The notes: generated by a model from the letters alone, not told the origin. Numbered from the stretch's first letter, positions 17,334-28,574 are shown. The stretch: DNA of 64,000 nt from a bacterium (GCA_965216315.1 CBDCFN010000016.1:2277060-2341059); one strand, 5' to 3'. A program made the numbers and translations.

Positions 17334-18124
17334 GAGCGTGCTATTTTAGCCTTTAAGATCTCTTTTTTGATAAGCGACCTAAACTCTTCGACTTTTTTAG
17401 CGATCTTTTGCTCACTCCCAAGGTCTTGCAAGGTCACTCGCTGCGGCGCTCCCCATCTCATCACTACTTTTGATGGAAACAGGAATGGTAGTTTCGGAAT
17501 AATCATGAACGGCGTTTTCACCAACGGCTTTACGAGACTATCGATAACAAATTTGTTTTGAATGAGCCAAATCTTAAGTGTTTTCTCCAAACCTGCATGC
17601 CCAATCGGAATGATCGATACTGACTCTTTACCTGTCTCCTTTAAATACTGCTTGGCAATCCTTAAGAAACCCGCATGAAAGGCCGCCACCGAGTGGCCGT
17701 TATTAAATGCTTTAACAAAATCCAATCCTTCCGGAAATAGTAAGATATGACGACGTTTCAGCGCTTGAACCCCTGTTGCAACTGAAAGCGGAACACATTG
17801 CCCTAACTGGAGATATTCTCTGAAAATAGGTATTTTGAAGGCCTCGCGCAACACCATCATATGAATCTTTCCAGCGCCTTGAGAGAAGACATGCTGACAC
17901 ACCAGCGGCGCCTCAAGGGTCAGAGCATGATTGAGAATGAAAATTACGTGCTCCTTTTTCGCCCGCACTATACCTTCCTCGACAGAACCTTCGTGCCGAA
18001 CACGATAGTGTAAGTCATGAAGATACTTAAGCCAGGATTTCGCATGGAGCTCGTAGACAGAATCGCTGACAATGGAATCGTCATAATTGAAGGAAAAAAC
18101 CTTTTTTAATAGTCGTGGCATCAT
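17330..18124 (-). CDS. lysophospholipid acyltransferase-like protein
   Basis: 264 aa; NH motif (ILNHALTLEAP) and LLFPEG motif typical of PlsC-type acyltransferases. Confidence 0.55.
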   Translation of the reverse strand: MMPRLLKKVFSFNYDDSIVSDSVYELHAKSWLKYLHDLHYRVRHEGSVEEGIVRAKKEHVIFILNHALTLEAPLVCQHVFSQGAGKIHMMVLREAFKIPIFREYLQLGQCVPLSVATGVQALKRRHILLFPEGLDFVKAFNNGHSVAAFHAGFLRIAKQYLKETGKESVSIIPIGHAGLEKTLKIWLIQNKFVIDSLVKPLVKTPFMIIPKLPFLFPSKVVMRWGAPQRVTLQDLGSEQKIAKKVEEFRSLIKKEILKAKIARS

Positions 18125-18150
18125 CGCAACTATTATGAATATTAATTAAA

Positions 18151-18723
18151 TCAAACTGGTCTGTCTAATTTTTTATATGTTAGCTTTTTTTCGTCTGGAA
18201 TCACGGGGATGAGTTCGATCGACATCGTCATCATCTCTTCAGGAACGACATCATCGTCGACTAAATTGAGAAGTTTACTCCGAAACTCTCGGATTATTTT
18301 TTTGAGTTGAGGCAAGTTATCTCTAATGATTCCAAAAGTAATCTCACTTAAATCGCGTTTACCCTGATCGAGGCTGAGTGTTTGAAGGCGATGCACATTA
18401 CGAATAGCCATCAGTTCTAGATAGTGTTCCTTAATTTCGTCAGGGCTCTCAGCCTGATTTAAGAAGACGAGATGCCGAAAATACTCCGCTTCGTCGTCTT
18501 CCAAGCGCAAACCTCGAATAAATTTTCTTAAACTTTTTAGTGTTAGGTTGCGGTCGCCATCCATAACGAGCTTGAGGATATTAGAAGAACCAAACCCGGC
18601 ATGTTGTGAAAAGATACGGAGAGAAAATCCGTAGGTCAGGCGCTTGGCACTCTCATACCAGTCCTTGAGAAAAGTCCTATAATCGAGATAATCATAGACA
18701 CAGATGTCGGATACAATATTCAT
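18151..18723 (-). CDS. XRE-type HTH protein, TIGR02147/DUF4423-like paralog 4, shortened (about 190 aa versus about 283)
   Basis: YDYLDYRTFLKDWYESAK...SLRIFSQHAGFGSSNILKLVMDGDRNLT conserved; central block present in the other four copies is missing; start taken at rc ATG 18721-18723; no lipoprotein partner downstream. Confidence 0.6.
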   Translation of the reverse strand: MNIVSDICVYDYLDYRTFLKDWYESAKRLTYGFSLRIFSQHAGFGSSNILKLVMDGDRNLTLKSLRKFIRGLRLEDDEAEYFRHLVFLNQAESPDEIKEHYLELMAIRNVHRLQTLSLDQGKRDLSEITFGIIRDNLPQLKKIIREFRSKLLNLVDDDVVPEEMMTMSIELIPVIPDEKKLTYKKLDRPV

Positions 18724-18936
18724 GCTAAACCTGTATCCGCTTTGATGCCCACTTTCCTTATCGGTCAAAGCCAAATTTTGTTTTCAACTATTTTTAATTT
18801 TTTGAAAAAACTCTTAATTTCAGCGACTTATAATGACTACGAGGCAGGCGGAACGGACCGCAGCCTCTCGGTCCGCCCGCCAGCAGTGCTATCGCACCGG
18901 TCATACCCTCGCGATAGGTGGAGTCATTTTCATCGA

Positions 18937-19512
18937 TTAGGGTGCCCGCAGGAATTCAAACGAAAGGCTCACCCCAAGCGTGACAGCCCACGAGTCAAGC
19001 TCCGTAACATCCATAAAGCCGGCTTTCAGATAAATCGGTATTTCGACAGATGGCAGGATTCCAAACGCGCCCGCGGCAGCGCCGACTTGAGTTTTATCGG
19101 CATTAAGATCGCGAAGTACCTCAGCTTCAACTCCAGCCCAGACCCCAAAAAAGACGGGGCCCATAACGTTGGCACTGCCACCCACGCGTTTACTGTCCGC
19201 ACTCATATAACTGCTGACACCAATGCCCAGGCTCATGCCGGTGGTATCCGTGGCCTGCAGGTTTAGGGCCGCGTTCCCCCCCACCTGATGACCATTCTCG
19301 GTCGGTACCGCCGCTCCGCCAACGCGCCAAAGATCATGCAGTCTCAATTCCTCTCCAAATAATTTGATCGTCTTTCCTGGTCCACCCATAATTATTCCTC
19401 CTTCGCCCCAATAAGCTAAGAGAAATTTCGGCACGTGAGTGGAAATGTTTCTCGTCAATTCAAACGAAACGTTAATCTTTGCATTCGTTTGGATGCGATT
19501 AGGACGGGACAC
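18937..19512 (-). CDS. hypothetical protein, possibly a truncated outer-membrane beta-barrel remnant
   Basis: 191 aa; Gly/Ala/Val-rich alternating pattern, C-terminal ...SFEFLRAP; no signal peptide within the ORF, so could be a fragment or mispredicted. Confidence 0.3.
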   Translation of the reverse strand: MSRPNRIQTNAKINVSFELTRNISTHVPKFLLAYWGEGGIIMGGPGKTIKLFGEELRLHDLWRVGGAAVPTENGHQVGGNAALNLQATDTTGMSLGIGVSSYMSADSKRVGGSANVMGPVFFGVWAGVEAEVLRDLNADKTQVGAAAGAFGILPSVEIPIYLKAGFMDVTELDSWAVTLGVSLSFEFLRAP

Positions 19513-19693
19513 CGCACGGGGATAACGATGCCCCGCCGTTGCGTTCGGCTAACGACGTGCACGCACCTCAACCGAGTCACGTACACTCCCCGGTCACCAG
19601 CTGTATGCACTCATTACAGTATTAAGATTTTGAATGGGAGCAAAGAAAAGAAACAAACGCGCAATTCTTTTTGCATTCATTTGTATGCAGCGA

Positions 19694-20140
19694 CTATGGA
19701 GTAACTGATTTGCGATTCTGAAACCAACCAATTCCCGCACCGAGTAAAGCGGCGATGGGCGCCGTCAACCAACCGAACAACAAGAGACTCCAAAAAGTAA
19801 AAGCAAGACTCCCATAGAGCCCATCGATCGGACCAATTGGGGGCTCATTGAGTGAAGAACGTGAGTCAATGATGTTTAAATAAAGTATATGAATATACCA
19901 AGTCACTGGATGCGACGCGATGCCGACGATCAATCCGATTAAGGCCCCGCGCTTGCCGTTGACAAAAGACCATTTCTTAATAACCAAGTACCAGAGTCCC
20001 AATGAGACGAGAAAGGCAGCCAGGCCCGCGGACCCAGTCAGTTGCATCCAACCCCCACCTTCCGCGGAAGCCAACACCAACATGGCGACAAAGGCACCCG
20101 TTAGTCCGAAAACCAATGCCGCCTTGACAGAACGAATCAT
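19694..20140 (-). CDS. small integral membrane protein
   Basis: 148 aa with about four hydrophobic helices. Confidence 0.5.
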   Translation of the reverse strand: MIRSVKAALVFGLTGAFVAMLVLASAEGGGWMQLTGSAGLAAFLVSLGLWYLVIKKWSFVNGKRGALIGLIVGIASHPVTWYIHILYLNIIDSRSSLNEPPIGPIDGLYGSLAFTFWSLLLFGWLTAPIAALLGAGIGWFQNRKSVTP

Positions 20141-20255
20141 ATTCGAAGTCTAACTGATATCGACGAATCGTTCTACTACTCACACACTTACATTTACGAC
20201 GTTTTGAGCTGTAATTATAACTGATGACAAGAAGCGTGCGGCTTAGTAAAGGAGT

Positions 20256-22316
20256 ATGTCGATGTCGGAACCTAAACACACGAATCGTCTCGCCCAAGAA
20301 AAAAGCCCGTATCTCCTCCAACACGCCCACAATCCGGTCGACTGGTATCCCTGGGGCCCGGAAGCGTTTGAGAAAGCCAAGGCCGAAGACAAAGCGATTT
20401 TTCTCTCCATCGGTTACGCGACCTGCCATTGGTGTCACGTGATGGAACGCGAGTCCTTCGAAAATGAAGAAATCGCTAAGATCATGAACGAACACTTTAT
20501 CAATATTAAAGTCGACCGCGAGGAGCGCCCCGATGTCGATCAGATTTATATGACCGCAGTCCAGGCCATGACCGGCGGCGGGGGCTGGCCCCTCTCAGCC
20601 TTCTTAACACCCGAACGCACCCCTTTTTACGGCGGAACTTATTTTCCGCCTGATCGCCGTTATGGACGCCCGGGCTTTCCCGAAATACTCGAAGAAATTG
20701 CGCGCGTCTGGCGCGAAGAACGCGATCGTGTCATCGGCACCAGCAAACAATTAACGGAGGTCATTGAACAAAACCTCACGAATCAACCGGGTGAACTTCT
20801 CGATGAAGCGGTCCTCAAGAAATTTTATCAACACACCTCCCATAGCTTTGATGCCGAATATGGCGGCTTCGGCCCTGCACCGAAGTTTCCGCGGAGCGAG
20901 CAGATCTCGATCTTACTTCGGATCCATCGGAGAACCGGTGAAAAACGGGCTCTCGAAATGGCGACACGCACGCTGGATGCCATGGCGCGGGGAGGAATCT
21001 ATGATCACTTGGGAGGCGGCTTTGCGCGTTATGCAACGGACCAGCGCTGGTTGATTCCGCACTTTGAGAAAATGCTCTACGACAATGCCCTGCTCACGCG
21101 TTCTTATCTCGAGGCCTACCAGGTCACCCATAACGAAGACTGGGCGAGTATCGCTAAAGAAACTTTGGATTACGTCTTGCGCGACATGACGGCAGAGTCC
21201 GGCGGCTTCTTTTCCGCGGAAGACGCGGATAGCGAAGATGAAGAAGGAAAATTTTATACCTGGTCCGAACCGGAACTAAAAACCGTTCTCACGGAGGCCG
21301 AATTAAAGGAGTTCAAGCAGCTGTTTCCCCTCAGCCTTGCCAGCATACTCGATGGCAAGTTTGTCCTGCACCTGGACCCAAAAGCCCCCTGGCAAGAACG
21401 CTATACACAAGGCAATAAAGGGATTCTGCAAAAACTCTTTGAGCAGCGTGCGCGGCGAATACGCCCGCTACTGGACGACAAAATCCTTGCCTCCTGGAAT
21501 GGGCTGATGATCAGTGCCATGGCGCAAGCGGCCGGCATTCTGCAAGAAGTGCGCTACTTGGCAGCGGCTCAAAATGCGATGCATTTTATCATCGACAACT
21601 TTTGGGATGGCGAGATCTTGAAGCGACGCTATCGTGCCGGTGAGGTGCGTTACAATGGTTCCCTCGACGATTATGCCTGCATCATCGCGGCCCTGCTCGA
21701 CCTCTACGCAGCGGATTTTGACTCCCAATGGTTTACCCTCGCGGTTAATCTACAAAAAAGTGTGGATCGCTTATTTTGGGACGCGTCTGCAAGCGGCTAC
21801 TACTACACGGATGCAACGGACAATTCACTGATCACTCGCACCAAGGAACTCTACGATGGTGCCATGCCTTCGGGAAACTCCATCACGGCAATGAATCTCA
21901 TCCGGCTTTACCATTACACCCTAGATGAAAGGTATCTGCAACGTTTTCACGAAGTCATTCGTGCCGTTTCGGGGCGTCTCAAAGACAATCCCCTCATTGC
22001 CCCGGCGTTACTACTCGCCATCGACTTTGCAACAGATGAGCCGGCCGAAATCGTCATTGCCGGGATGAAGGATGATCCCTGCGTCCAAGAAACACTCAAC
22101 GATCTCGCGCAGAGTTTTTTACCGAATAAAGTCGTTGCCCTTGCCGACAGTATGGATCCAGAGCGCCTCCAACAAATGCCACTTATCGAAGGCAAGGTGC
22201 CTCAGAACAATAGGGCCACCATCTATATCTGTAAAAACCATAGCTGTCAGAAACCGGTACACGAATGGCCCAAAGCCAAGAAATCCTTAACTCCCAGTAA
22301 ATACGATATTTCTTAG
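20256..22316 (+). CDS. thioredoxin-domain protein of the DUF255/YyaL family
   Basis: N-terminal [22 protein letters not shown]...[12 protein letters not shown] thioredoxin-like CxxC block; long alpha-helical C-terminal domain; 686 aa. Confidence 0.85.
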   Translation: MSMSEPKHTNRLAQEKSPYLLQHAHNPVDWYPWGPEAFEKAKAEDKAIFLSIGYATCHWCHVMERESFENEEIAKIMNEHFINIKVDREERPDVDQIYMTAVQAMTGGGGWPLSAFLTPERTPFYGGTYFPPDRRYGRPGFPEILEEIARVWREERDRVIGTSKQLTEVIEQNLTNQPGELLDEAVLKKFYQHTSHSFDAEYGGFGPAPKFPRSEQISILLRIHRRTGEKRALEMATRTLDAMARGGIYDHLGGGFARYATDQRWLIPHFEKMLYDNALLTRSYLEAYQVTHNEDWASIAKETLDYVLRDMTAESGGFFSAEDADSEDEEGKFYTWSEPELKTVLTEAELKEFKQLFPLSLASILDGKFVLHLDPKAPWQERYTQGNKGILQKLFEQRARRIRPLLDDKILASWNGLMISAMAQAAGILQEVRYLAAAQNAMHFIIDNFWDGEILKRRYRAGEVRYNGSLDDYACIIAALLDLYAADFDSQWFTLAVNLQKSVDRLFWDASASGYYYTDATDNSLITRTKELYDGAMPSGNSITAMNLIRLYHYTLDERYLQRFHEVIRAVSGRLKDNPLIAPALLLAIDFATDEPAEIVIAGMKDDPCVQETLNDLAQSFLPNKVVALADSMDPERLQQMPLIEGKVPQNNRATIYICKNHSCQKPVHEWPKAKKSLTPSKYDIS

Positions 22317-22337
22317 CTCTCACCTTTAAGATTTCAT

Positions 22338-22353
22338 GTGGACCTAGGTACAC
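22338..22353. promoter_or_regulatory. palindromic operator-like site GTGGAC-ctag-GTACAC (variant half-site)
   Basis: 114 bp upstream of 22467-22880; a further GGTACACA half-site at 22368-22375. Confidence 0.4.
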
Positions 22354-22466
22354 TGAGAATTATTTCAGGTACACAACAACGCCTCCACTCAAACCGATAA
22401 AACCCAACGTAGTCATTTATAAAAACTAACAGAGAGTCATCAAATACTCATCGTTAAGGAGATCTC

Positions 22467-22880
22467 ATGAAACCGCGTATCGTATCTAAAGAACAGTTTA
22501 ATAATATGACCAGCAAAGAGGTCTGCGGTGACGCCTGGACCGGACCTCAAGTCGAAGACAAAGGCAAAATAGGCACGCTTGAGCTGACGGACGGTCAGGT
22601 TGTTCATCCTATTTGTGGCATGCAAACCTCACCTGCCGGACCCGACGGCGAGCTGATCAGCATTGACCGTACTTGGTACGATGGAAACAGCGGACATTTA
22701 TCTAATGTTCGTTGGTACTTTAGCGCTAACCCTACTTACAATTCCTTTTCGAATGAATCGCCGCTGACGCGTTTAAAAGATGTCCTTCAAGCCAATCCGA
22801 ACATCACTAATGTGTCTTCGAACCTGTGGAAATACATTACACAGCAGGAGATCATCTGGAACAACATGTCCGAATGTTAA
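22467..22880 (+). CDS. hypothetical protein
   Basis: 137 aa ORF with RBS AAGGAG upstream; GTGGAC-N4-GTACAC palindrome 114 bp upstream. Confidence 0.45.
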   Translation: MKPRIVSKEQFNNMTSKEVCGDAWTGPQVEDKGKIGTLELTDGQVVHPICGMQTSPAGPDGELISIDRTWYDGNSGHLSNVRWYFSANPTYNSFSNESPLTRLKDVLQANPNITNVSSNLWKYITQQEIIWNNMSEC

Positions 22881-22894
22881 AGAGAGGATCCACG

Positions 22895-23203
22895 TCACGA
22901 CTCTGGTCTGTCATCGCGCTTTTGCCATTCGCTAAAGGCCTGAGGATTCGTTGCTAAATCAAGAGCCGATATCTTCTTTGAGTGCCCCCGTGTAGCTTTA
23001 GCGTAGCCCATCACAAAACCGATAAGCCCTATCGGCACCGCGGCTATACCGCCCCAAACAACGGGCATGACGCACAGACCTGCAACATACGATGTCCCCG
23101 AATCGGCAGCACAAACAATCACACTAAAGAGCGCACCGAGCGCCACACAAATTCCTGCGGCACCGAAACCCCAAACTATGGCCCTTAAAAAGCGTTGTTT
23201 CAT
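22895..23203 (-). CDS. small membrane protein
   Basis: 102 aa, two or three hydrophobic helices. Confidence 0.4.
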   Translation of the reverse strand: MKQRFLRAIVWGFGAAGICVALGALFSVIVCAADSGTSYVAGLCVMPVVWGGIAAVPIGLIGFVMGYAKATRGHSKKISALDLATNPQAFSEWQKRDDRPES

Positions 23204-23384
23204 TATCGCGTAAATCTACTCCGGCCCGTCATTTTATTCCAGTTTCCTTACACCTCAGGCATTCGCGTTACTCGAATGTACTACTATCCAGTCGAATTGA
23301 TCCTTAAAAAATAAGGACTGAGACTTGTCACATAAGCAACAATTACTTCTTGTCGTGAGTTTATTCCTTATATAGAGTCCCCCA

Positions 23385-25637
23385 ATGCTGCGTCGTCTGA
23401 CCCCGGCCATAGTTATCGCATTGATCATTGGAGCGGTCTATCTGCTGTATCTCCACCATCAAATCATCTCCAAGTTTGAGTACCATCGGTGGAATTTGCC
23501 CTCACGGGTCTATTCGGATGCTTTCCCACTCTATCCGGGACGGCAGGTCCCGGCCTCGGCCATCCATCAGCGACTCCGCCATTTAGGTTATATTTCCGTC
23601 GGCTCGCAACCACGTCACCACGGCCAGTACCATTACGCCGGTGGGCAGTTTGCAATTTATCTCCACAGCTTCGACTACCCCGAAGACAAGTTTGAAGGAT
23701 ATCCCATCTCATTCAGCGTTGGCGATGGTGTCGTTCAAGACCTGATCCGACGGGATACCGGCGAGCCACTCTCCCTGACCCGACTCGAACCGGAGTTGGT
23801 TGCCTCGATCTTTGACCAGGAGATGGAAGACCGAACCGTCGTCAAACTCGAACAAGTCCCGGATGACCTGATTGAATCCATTATCGCGATCGAAGACGAA
23901 CGCTACTATTCGCACTTTGGGGTGGATCCCATCGGCATTGCCCGCGCCTTTGTCTCCAATATCACTAAGGGCGGTATTGTTCAGGGCGGTTCAACCCTGA
24001 CCCAACAACTCGTAAAGAATATTTTTCTTTATCCAAAAAAATCCTTCGTCCGTAAATTCAACGAAATGATCATGGCCCTGATGATGGAGATTCGCTACAG
24101 CAAAGATGAAATCCTGCAGGCCTATCTCAACGAAATTTACCTAGGACAACAGGGGGCGGCCAGCATCTCCGGCGTTGCCGAAGCGTCACGCTACTATTTC
24201 TCCAAAGAGGTCAGTCAGCTCAGCGTGGCCGAATGTGCCCTGCTTGCCGGCATGATCCGCTCTCCCGGCTATTACTCGCCCTTCAATAATCCGAAACGGG
24301 CACGCGACCGCCGCAACTTCGTTTTAAAACGCCTCCATGATAAGAAACTGATCCTCGCCCAAGAGTACAAACAGGCGCGTCAAGTGCCGTTGCCCAAGAA
24401 ACGTAAGCGCGACAAGCTAAGTAATGCCCCTTTCTTTGTCGATTTTGTCCAAAAACAGCTCAAAGAAAATTTTCCGGCCGACAAACTTCGTTCGGAAGGC
24501 CTGAGAATCTTCACAACCTTAGACATGAGCATGCAGCGAGCGGCGGAAAAGTCGGTCTCTGATTGGCTCAACCGCCTGGAAAAAGATTATGCCTATCTCA
24601 AAAAGAAAGCCAAAGAAGGGAAGCACTTGGAATCCGCGCTCATCGCCGTGCAACCACAAACAGGCTATGTCAGGGCCTATGTCGGCGGCCGTGACTACAC
24701 CAAAGTGCAATTCGACCACATCAGTGATGCGCGCCGCCAACCCGGCTCCGCCTTCAAACCCTTTGTCTTCCTCACGGCCTTAGATCCGTCACGCCGGGAT
24801 CCACCCTTCACCTTATCTTCTCTCATTGACGATGATCCGTTTCATGTGAAGGCGGGCGGCAAGCGTTGGTCACCGAAGAACTATGACAAAAAAAACCACG
24901 GCAAAGTCCGCCTCCGGACGGCACTCGAAAAAAGTCTCAACGTTGCCACTTCGCGATTAGCCTTAGAGGTCGGACTGGAACACGTGGTCTACACGGCACG
25001 TGAAGCGGGCATCACCAGCAAACTGGAAGCCTATCCGTCGCTCGCGTTGGGTTCCTTTGAAGTCACTCCTTTGGAACTCGTTGCCGCCTACACAATCTTT
25101 CCGAATCAGGGAGTCCGCACCCGCCCCGTCGCCATCCGCCAGGTTGTCACTAAGGAGGGCGAGGTCTTGGAGAAGAAAGACTTTCAGATGAAGCGGATTT
25201 TTTCGGAAGACGTTATCTATTTAATGAACCGATTGCTCGCCGGCGTCGTCGATCGAGGCACGGCGACACGCGCACGCAGCATGGGTCTTACCGGCATTGC
25301 GGCAGGCAAAACGGGAACGACGACGGACTATCGAGACGCCTGGTTTGTGGGCTATACACCGGACTTGCTGGCCCTCTCCTGGGTTGGCTATGATGATAAT
25401 GCCAAGACCCAACGTTCCGGCTCTAGCGGCGCCCTGCCTATTTGGACCAATTTCATGAAGCAGGCGACAAGGGGCCGTCAGTACAAAGATTTTATCGCGA
25501 CTCCGAAGATAATCGTCGTTGATGTTGACAAACAGACCGGGCTCTTGTCCAAAAGAAGCTGTGGACCAAGTTATGAAGAGTATTTCATCGAAAAGACCGA
25601 ACCGACGCGCTTCTGCGACGAGCCGGACCTCCCCTAA
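23385..25637 (+). CDS. class A penicillin-binding protein (bifunctional glycosyltransferase/transpeptidase, PBP1A family)
   Basis: N-terminal TM anchor; glycosyltransferase motifs IAIEDERYYSHFGVD and GGSTLTQQLVKN; transpeptidase domain with SAFKPF; 750 aa. Confidence 0.9.
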   Translation: MLRRLTPAIVIALIIGAVYLLYLHHQIISKFEYHRWNLPSRVYSDAFPLYPGRQVPASAIHQRLRHLGYISVGSQPRHHGQYHYAGGQFAIYLHSFDYPEDKFEGYPISFSVGDGVVQDLIRRDTGEPLSLTRLEPELVASIFDQEMEDRTVVKLEQVPDDLIESIIAIEDERYYSHFGVDPIGIARAFVSNITKGGIVQGGSTLTQQLVKNIFLYPKKSFVRKFNEMIMALMMEIRYSKDEILQAYLNEIYLGQQGAASISGVAEASRYYFSKEVSQLSVAECALLAGMIRSPGYYSPFNNPKRARDRRNFVLKRLHDKKLILAQEYKQARQVPLPKKRKRDKLSNAPFFVDFVQKQLKENFPADKLRSEGLRIFTTLDMSMQRAAEKSVSDWLNRLEKDYAYLKKKAKEGKHLESALIAVQPQTGYVRAYVGGRDYTKVQFDHISDARRQPGSAFKPFVFLTALDPSRRDPPFTLSSLIDDDPFHVKAGGKRWSPKNYDKKNHGKVRLRTALEKSLNVATSRLALEVGLEHVVYTAREAGITSKLEAYPSLALGSFEVTPLELVAAYTIFPNQGVRTRPVAIRQVVTKEGEVLEKKDFQMKRIFSEDVIYLMNRLLAGVVDRGTATRARSMGLTGIAAGKTGTTTDYRDAWFVGYTPDLLALSWVGYDDNAKTQRSGSSGALPIWTNFMKQATRGRQYKDFIATPKIIVVDVDKQTGLLSKRSCGPSYEEYFIEKTEPTRFCDEPDLP

Positions 25638-25671
25638 CCCCTCCTTGGTAAGGAGGGGAAGTCTCTGCATC

Positions 25672-26067
25672 TTGTTGGTTGCGTTGTGTTTGACCTTTAC
25701 CGCATGTCCCAAGCGGCCAACAACGCGTCCTCCCCGACCTGAGGTCGAACATCGCCGCCCCGAGGTCATTCGCCCCAACGGACAAGACTCGCCGGAACAA
25801 AAGGCCGCCGATCAACTGATCGTCGCGGGGATTGCCGCGCTCAAAGACGATGACGCGGAAAAAGCTGCAACTCATTTCGAGCAGGCCGTTCGCATCGCTT
25901 CCTCTTACGGTCCCGCCTACTATTGGCTGGCACGTGCCAAGTATGACCTCGACCAACTCACGCGCGCCTGGGATTTGCTCGACCGCGCGGAATTATTGAT
26001 CGGCCATGAGAGCCGCTGGCTCGAGCGCATCGACCAGCTCCGCGCCGCAATTTCCGACGCACGGTAG
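25672..26067 (+). CDS. putative small lipoprotein with TPR-like helical region
   Basis: AAGGAGGGG SD at 25650-25658; probable TTG start 25672 giving LLVALCLTFTAC lipobox; the upstream part of ORF 25519-26067 overlaps the PBP 3' end and is probably not translated. Confidence 0.4.
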   Translation: MLVALCLTFTACPKRPTTRPPRPEVEHRRPEVIRPNGQDSPEQKAADQLIVAGIAALKDDDAEKAATHFEQAVRIASSYGPAYYWLARAKYDLDQLTRAWDLLDRAELLIGHESRWLERIDQLRAAISDAR

Positions 26068-26098
26068 CCCCTTTCCCCGCGCCCCAATAGCGAGTATA

Positions 26099-26608
26099 AT
26101 GAAGCCATTCGACATGGCGACACGGAAGCAGGCAGCAGCGGACCCGAAGAAAAAGCCGGCCAAAAAGCGCGTCAAAAAAAAGCACGTCGTCGACTCAGTC
26201 AGATTCTCTAAACAATTAAAGTGGTTGGAGCCTTATCTGCGCCGGGCCAAGGACAAGATGCCCAGCCTGGAGCTGCCCCGCTACGTCCGTCCGTTCAAAC
26301 CTTCAAAAAACAAGATCTTGAGGACGCTGGGCAATGCCTTCTTTGAAACCAAGACGATTTCACTCGCGACCCACGATCAGCTGCTCCAAAAGCAACCGGA
26401 CAATACGTATCTGGTCTATCGCATCGTCAAACTGCATCGAAAACGCATCTTGGAAACCTTTGCGCACGAACTCGCCCACTTCCGCTATCCGGATCACAAC
26501 TACGAACAGGAAGAGTATACCAAGTCGATTTTTAAGGCCTTCGAGATGAAAGAGACCTGCCCCACCTGCAAGGGCACGGGTAAGGTGCATGCCCTCTGTG
26601 AAAGCTAA
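26099..26608 (+). CDS. putative zinc metallopeptidase-like protein (HExxH motif plus C-terminal CxxC zinc-ribbon-like element; SprT/YgjP-like)
   Basis: start taken at MKPFDMATRK; lysine-rich basic N-region; HELAH motif; CPTCKGTG near C-terminus. Confidence 0.45.
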   Translation: MKPFDMATRKQAAADPKKKPAKKRVKKKHVVDSVRFSKQLKWLEPYLRRAKDKMPSLELPRYVRPFKPSKNKILRTLGNAFFETKTISLATHDQLLQKQPDNTYLVYRIVKLHRKRILETFAHELAHFRYPDHNYEQEEYTKSIFKAFEMKETCPTCKGTGKVHALCES

Positions 26609-26688
26609 ACCGACCTCACAGGGATGAGTAGCGGTTCAATGAATTGAACCGCTACCAACCCTGGAATGAGGAGGTCTCACCCTAGCTC

Positions 26689-27369
26689 TTAGTGAACCGG
26701 AGACTGCGTGAGGTGTTCACGGATCTGTGCAAGCGCATCCGGGTTATCACGGAAGTACGCCTGGGCCAACGACTGGGCATCCCGGCTACCGCCGACGTAA
26801 ATATCCCGCGTCGCAATGGGCGCCACCGGTACGGCTGGTTCATCCGGCGGATTTCCCGTCACGACGACGGGGGTCCGAACGGGCCCGCCTGCATTGGCAA
26901 GGGGCATGGCTCCGGCGGGTCGGCGGTTAGCAAAGTTTGCCGAAAAGGTCAGGGTCTGGCCCTGGTAACGAACGGTTGCCACATTGGAGTCGCTTAGATT
27001 CGGTACCGTACCCGGCTGACCGACTCCGCCGCGAGCCATCGTTCCCTGCGAGCGCGCGATGATCGCATCGACAGGACTAAACAGGTTGGCGGGTTGCCGC
27101 GTCGTGCCGCTATCCGGCGCTTGAGTGGCGCGTGCCACTATCGGATTAGCAGGCGGGGGCGTCGGTTCGGGCAAACTCGCCAACAGATCCTCAGCTGGGT
27201 CCGCAGGGGCTGTTTGGCCGTGAGCTCGATCGTAAGTTGCAAGCGCTTCATCTACCGACTGCGTAATAGGATCTGCCGATGCTGTCGGGCTGGCTTGGCC
27301 GTGAGCTCGATCGTAAGATTGAAGGGCCGCGTCAACGACGGCCCCGATATCGATTGTATTTCCACCCAT
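26689..27369 (-). CDS. low-complexity Ala/Pro/Thr-rich protein of unknown function, paralog A (MGGNTI N-terminus)
   Basis: 226 aa; strong SD AAGGAG 8 nt upstream of ATG; internal repeats DAALQSYDRAHGQ and DEALATYDRAHGQ; no signal peptide; paralog of 28539-29087. Confidence 0.6.
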   Translation of the reverse strand: MGGNTIDIGAVVDAALQSYDRAHGQASPTASADPITQSVDEALATYDRAHGQTAPADPAEDLLASLPEPTPPPANPIVARATQAPDSGTTRQPANLFSPVDAIIARSQGTMARGGVGQPGTVPNLSDSNVATVRYQGQTLTFSANFANRRPAGAMPLANAGGPVRTPVVVTGNPPDEPAVPVAPIATRDIYVGGSRDAQSLAQAYFRDNPDALAQIREHLTQSPVH

Positions 27370-27476
27370 GATAAGTCTCCTTGTTTTATACGGTTTTGGT
27401 TAAATCCTTCATTGGACACAACGTTTCGCGTTCGGCTTCGATAAGGGTCGCGTCATGGGAATCAGACACTATTGTT

Positions 27477-28574
27477 ATGCCTGGATTCCAAAATCTCACG
27501 ACCGTGGCCCGACGTCTGCGCGTCCATCTGCAGCAGCATCACGGGCCGAATGACCCCGCGCTTGATCGCGGGATTCCTCTGCGCCGTTGGGCTGCCCCTT
27601 CTTCTTCCGGTCTCAGTTCCCAAGCCCCACAGCTTGTCCCGGGTCAGGCCGATACTCTGGTCAGCGTCCCGGAAATCTTTCAAGAAAGTCTGCGTCGTCT
27701 AGAACAAATTCGTTTTGGCTCGACTTCCTTTGCCAGGGAGGTGGCTTCAACCAACCCGACCGCCACTGACTTCTATAATGACTACCGCCGCGACGCGGCT
27801 TACTTTCCCCCCTGGCTCATCGATGATGGCAACCCCATCAACTTGGCGGATCATGCCTTGCGGGCCCGTATCGATTCCGTCGTTCAGACAGCTCAGCGGG
27901 AAGCACAACGCAGGGGCCACCGACGGGGATCGGTCCCCTACAATGACCTGGTTTTGACGCGGCTGTTGCAATCGCTCCGCCAGGCTCAAAGTGCCGGCGG
28001 TTTTGGCCTGAGCTACGTCTTCAGTGCCGGCAACCGCCATCGGCGCCGTAATGCCATCGAGGCCTTCGCCGCCCATCAAGGTGACTGCAATGCCTTCTCG
28101 TTTCTCTTCTACGCCTTGGCACGACGTGCGGGACTCAATCCCCGCTTCATCAGTATTCCGGGGGAGCGCCAAAGCTACACGGGACCGTTTCGGGCGATCT
28201 ATCACGTCGGCGTCGCCGTCGAAGTTCGTCCCGGCGCCTTACGGCCCTGTGATCCGAGTCGCGGGGTCCGTGTCGATGAAGGGCGTTATCAATGGTATCC
28301 GCTGACCAACCTCGAAATGCTGGCCAGTTTCCTGCGGGATGTCGGCCTCTACAATGTAAGTCGACCCGCAGAACAAGAGCAGATCTTGCTCCAGGCCTAT
28401 CGACTGGCTCCGAACAGCTTCGACATCGCTCACGACGTCAGCTGGTTTTATCGGAACATCCGGCACAGCCCCCGAAGGGCTGCGCCCTACGTGCGTAGGG
28501 CGCAGCAGATTAATCCTTCGATGCAGCCGATCTGGGAATCAGTCCAGCGTCAGCGGGCCGGGCGTCCGAAGTAA
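27477..28574 (+). CDS. transglutaminase-like cysteine peptidase superfamily protein
   Basis: Cys motif GDCNAFSFLFYALARRAGLNPRFISIP, His motif YHVGVAVEV and Asp CDPS in canonical order and spacing; start uncertain (track TTG 27381 is 12 bp from the divergent gene, ATG 27477 preferred). Confidence 0.6.
   Translation: MPGFQNLTTVARRLRVHLQQHHGPNDPALDRGIPLRRWAAPSSSGLSSQAPQLVPGQADTLVSVPEIFQESLRRLEQIRFGSTSFAREVASTNPTATDFYNDYRRDAAYFPPWLIDDGNPINLADHALRARIDSVVQTAQREAQRRGHRRGSVPYNDLVLTRLLQSLRQAQSAGGFGLSYVFSAGNRHRRRNAIEAFAAHQGDCNAFSFLFYALARRAGLNPRFISIPGERQSYTGPFRAIYHVGVAVEVRPGALRPCDPSRGVRVDEGRYQWYPLTNLEMLASFLRDVGLYNVSRPAEQEQILLQAYRLAPNSFDIAHDVSWFYRNIRHSPRRAAPYVRRAQQINPSMQPIWESVQRQRAGRPK

Noticed and set aside
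25519-25671. Upstream part of ORF 25519-26067 overlapping the 3' end of the PBP gene
   Set aside because: Out-of-frame overlap with a well-supported gene; a strong SD at 25650-25658 and a lipoprotein-like signal begin only after the PBP stop
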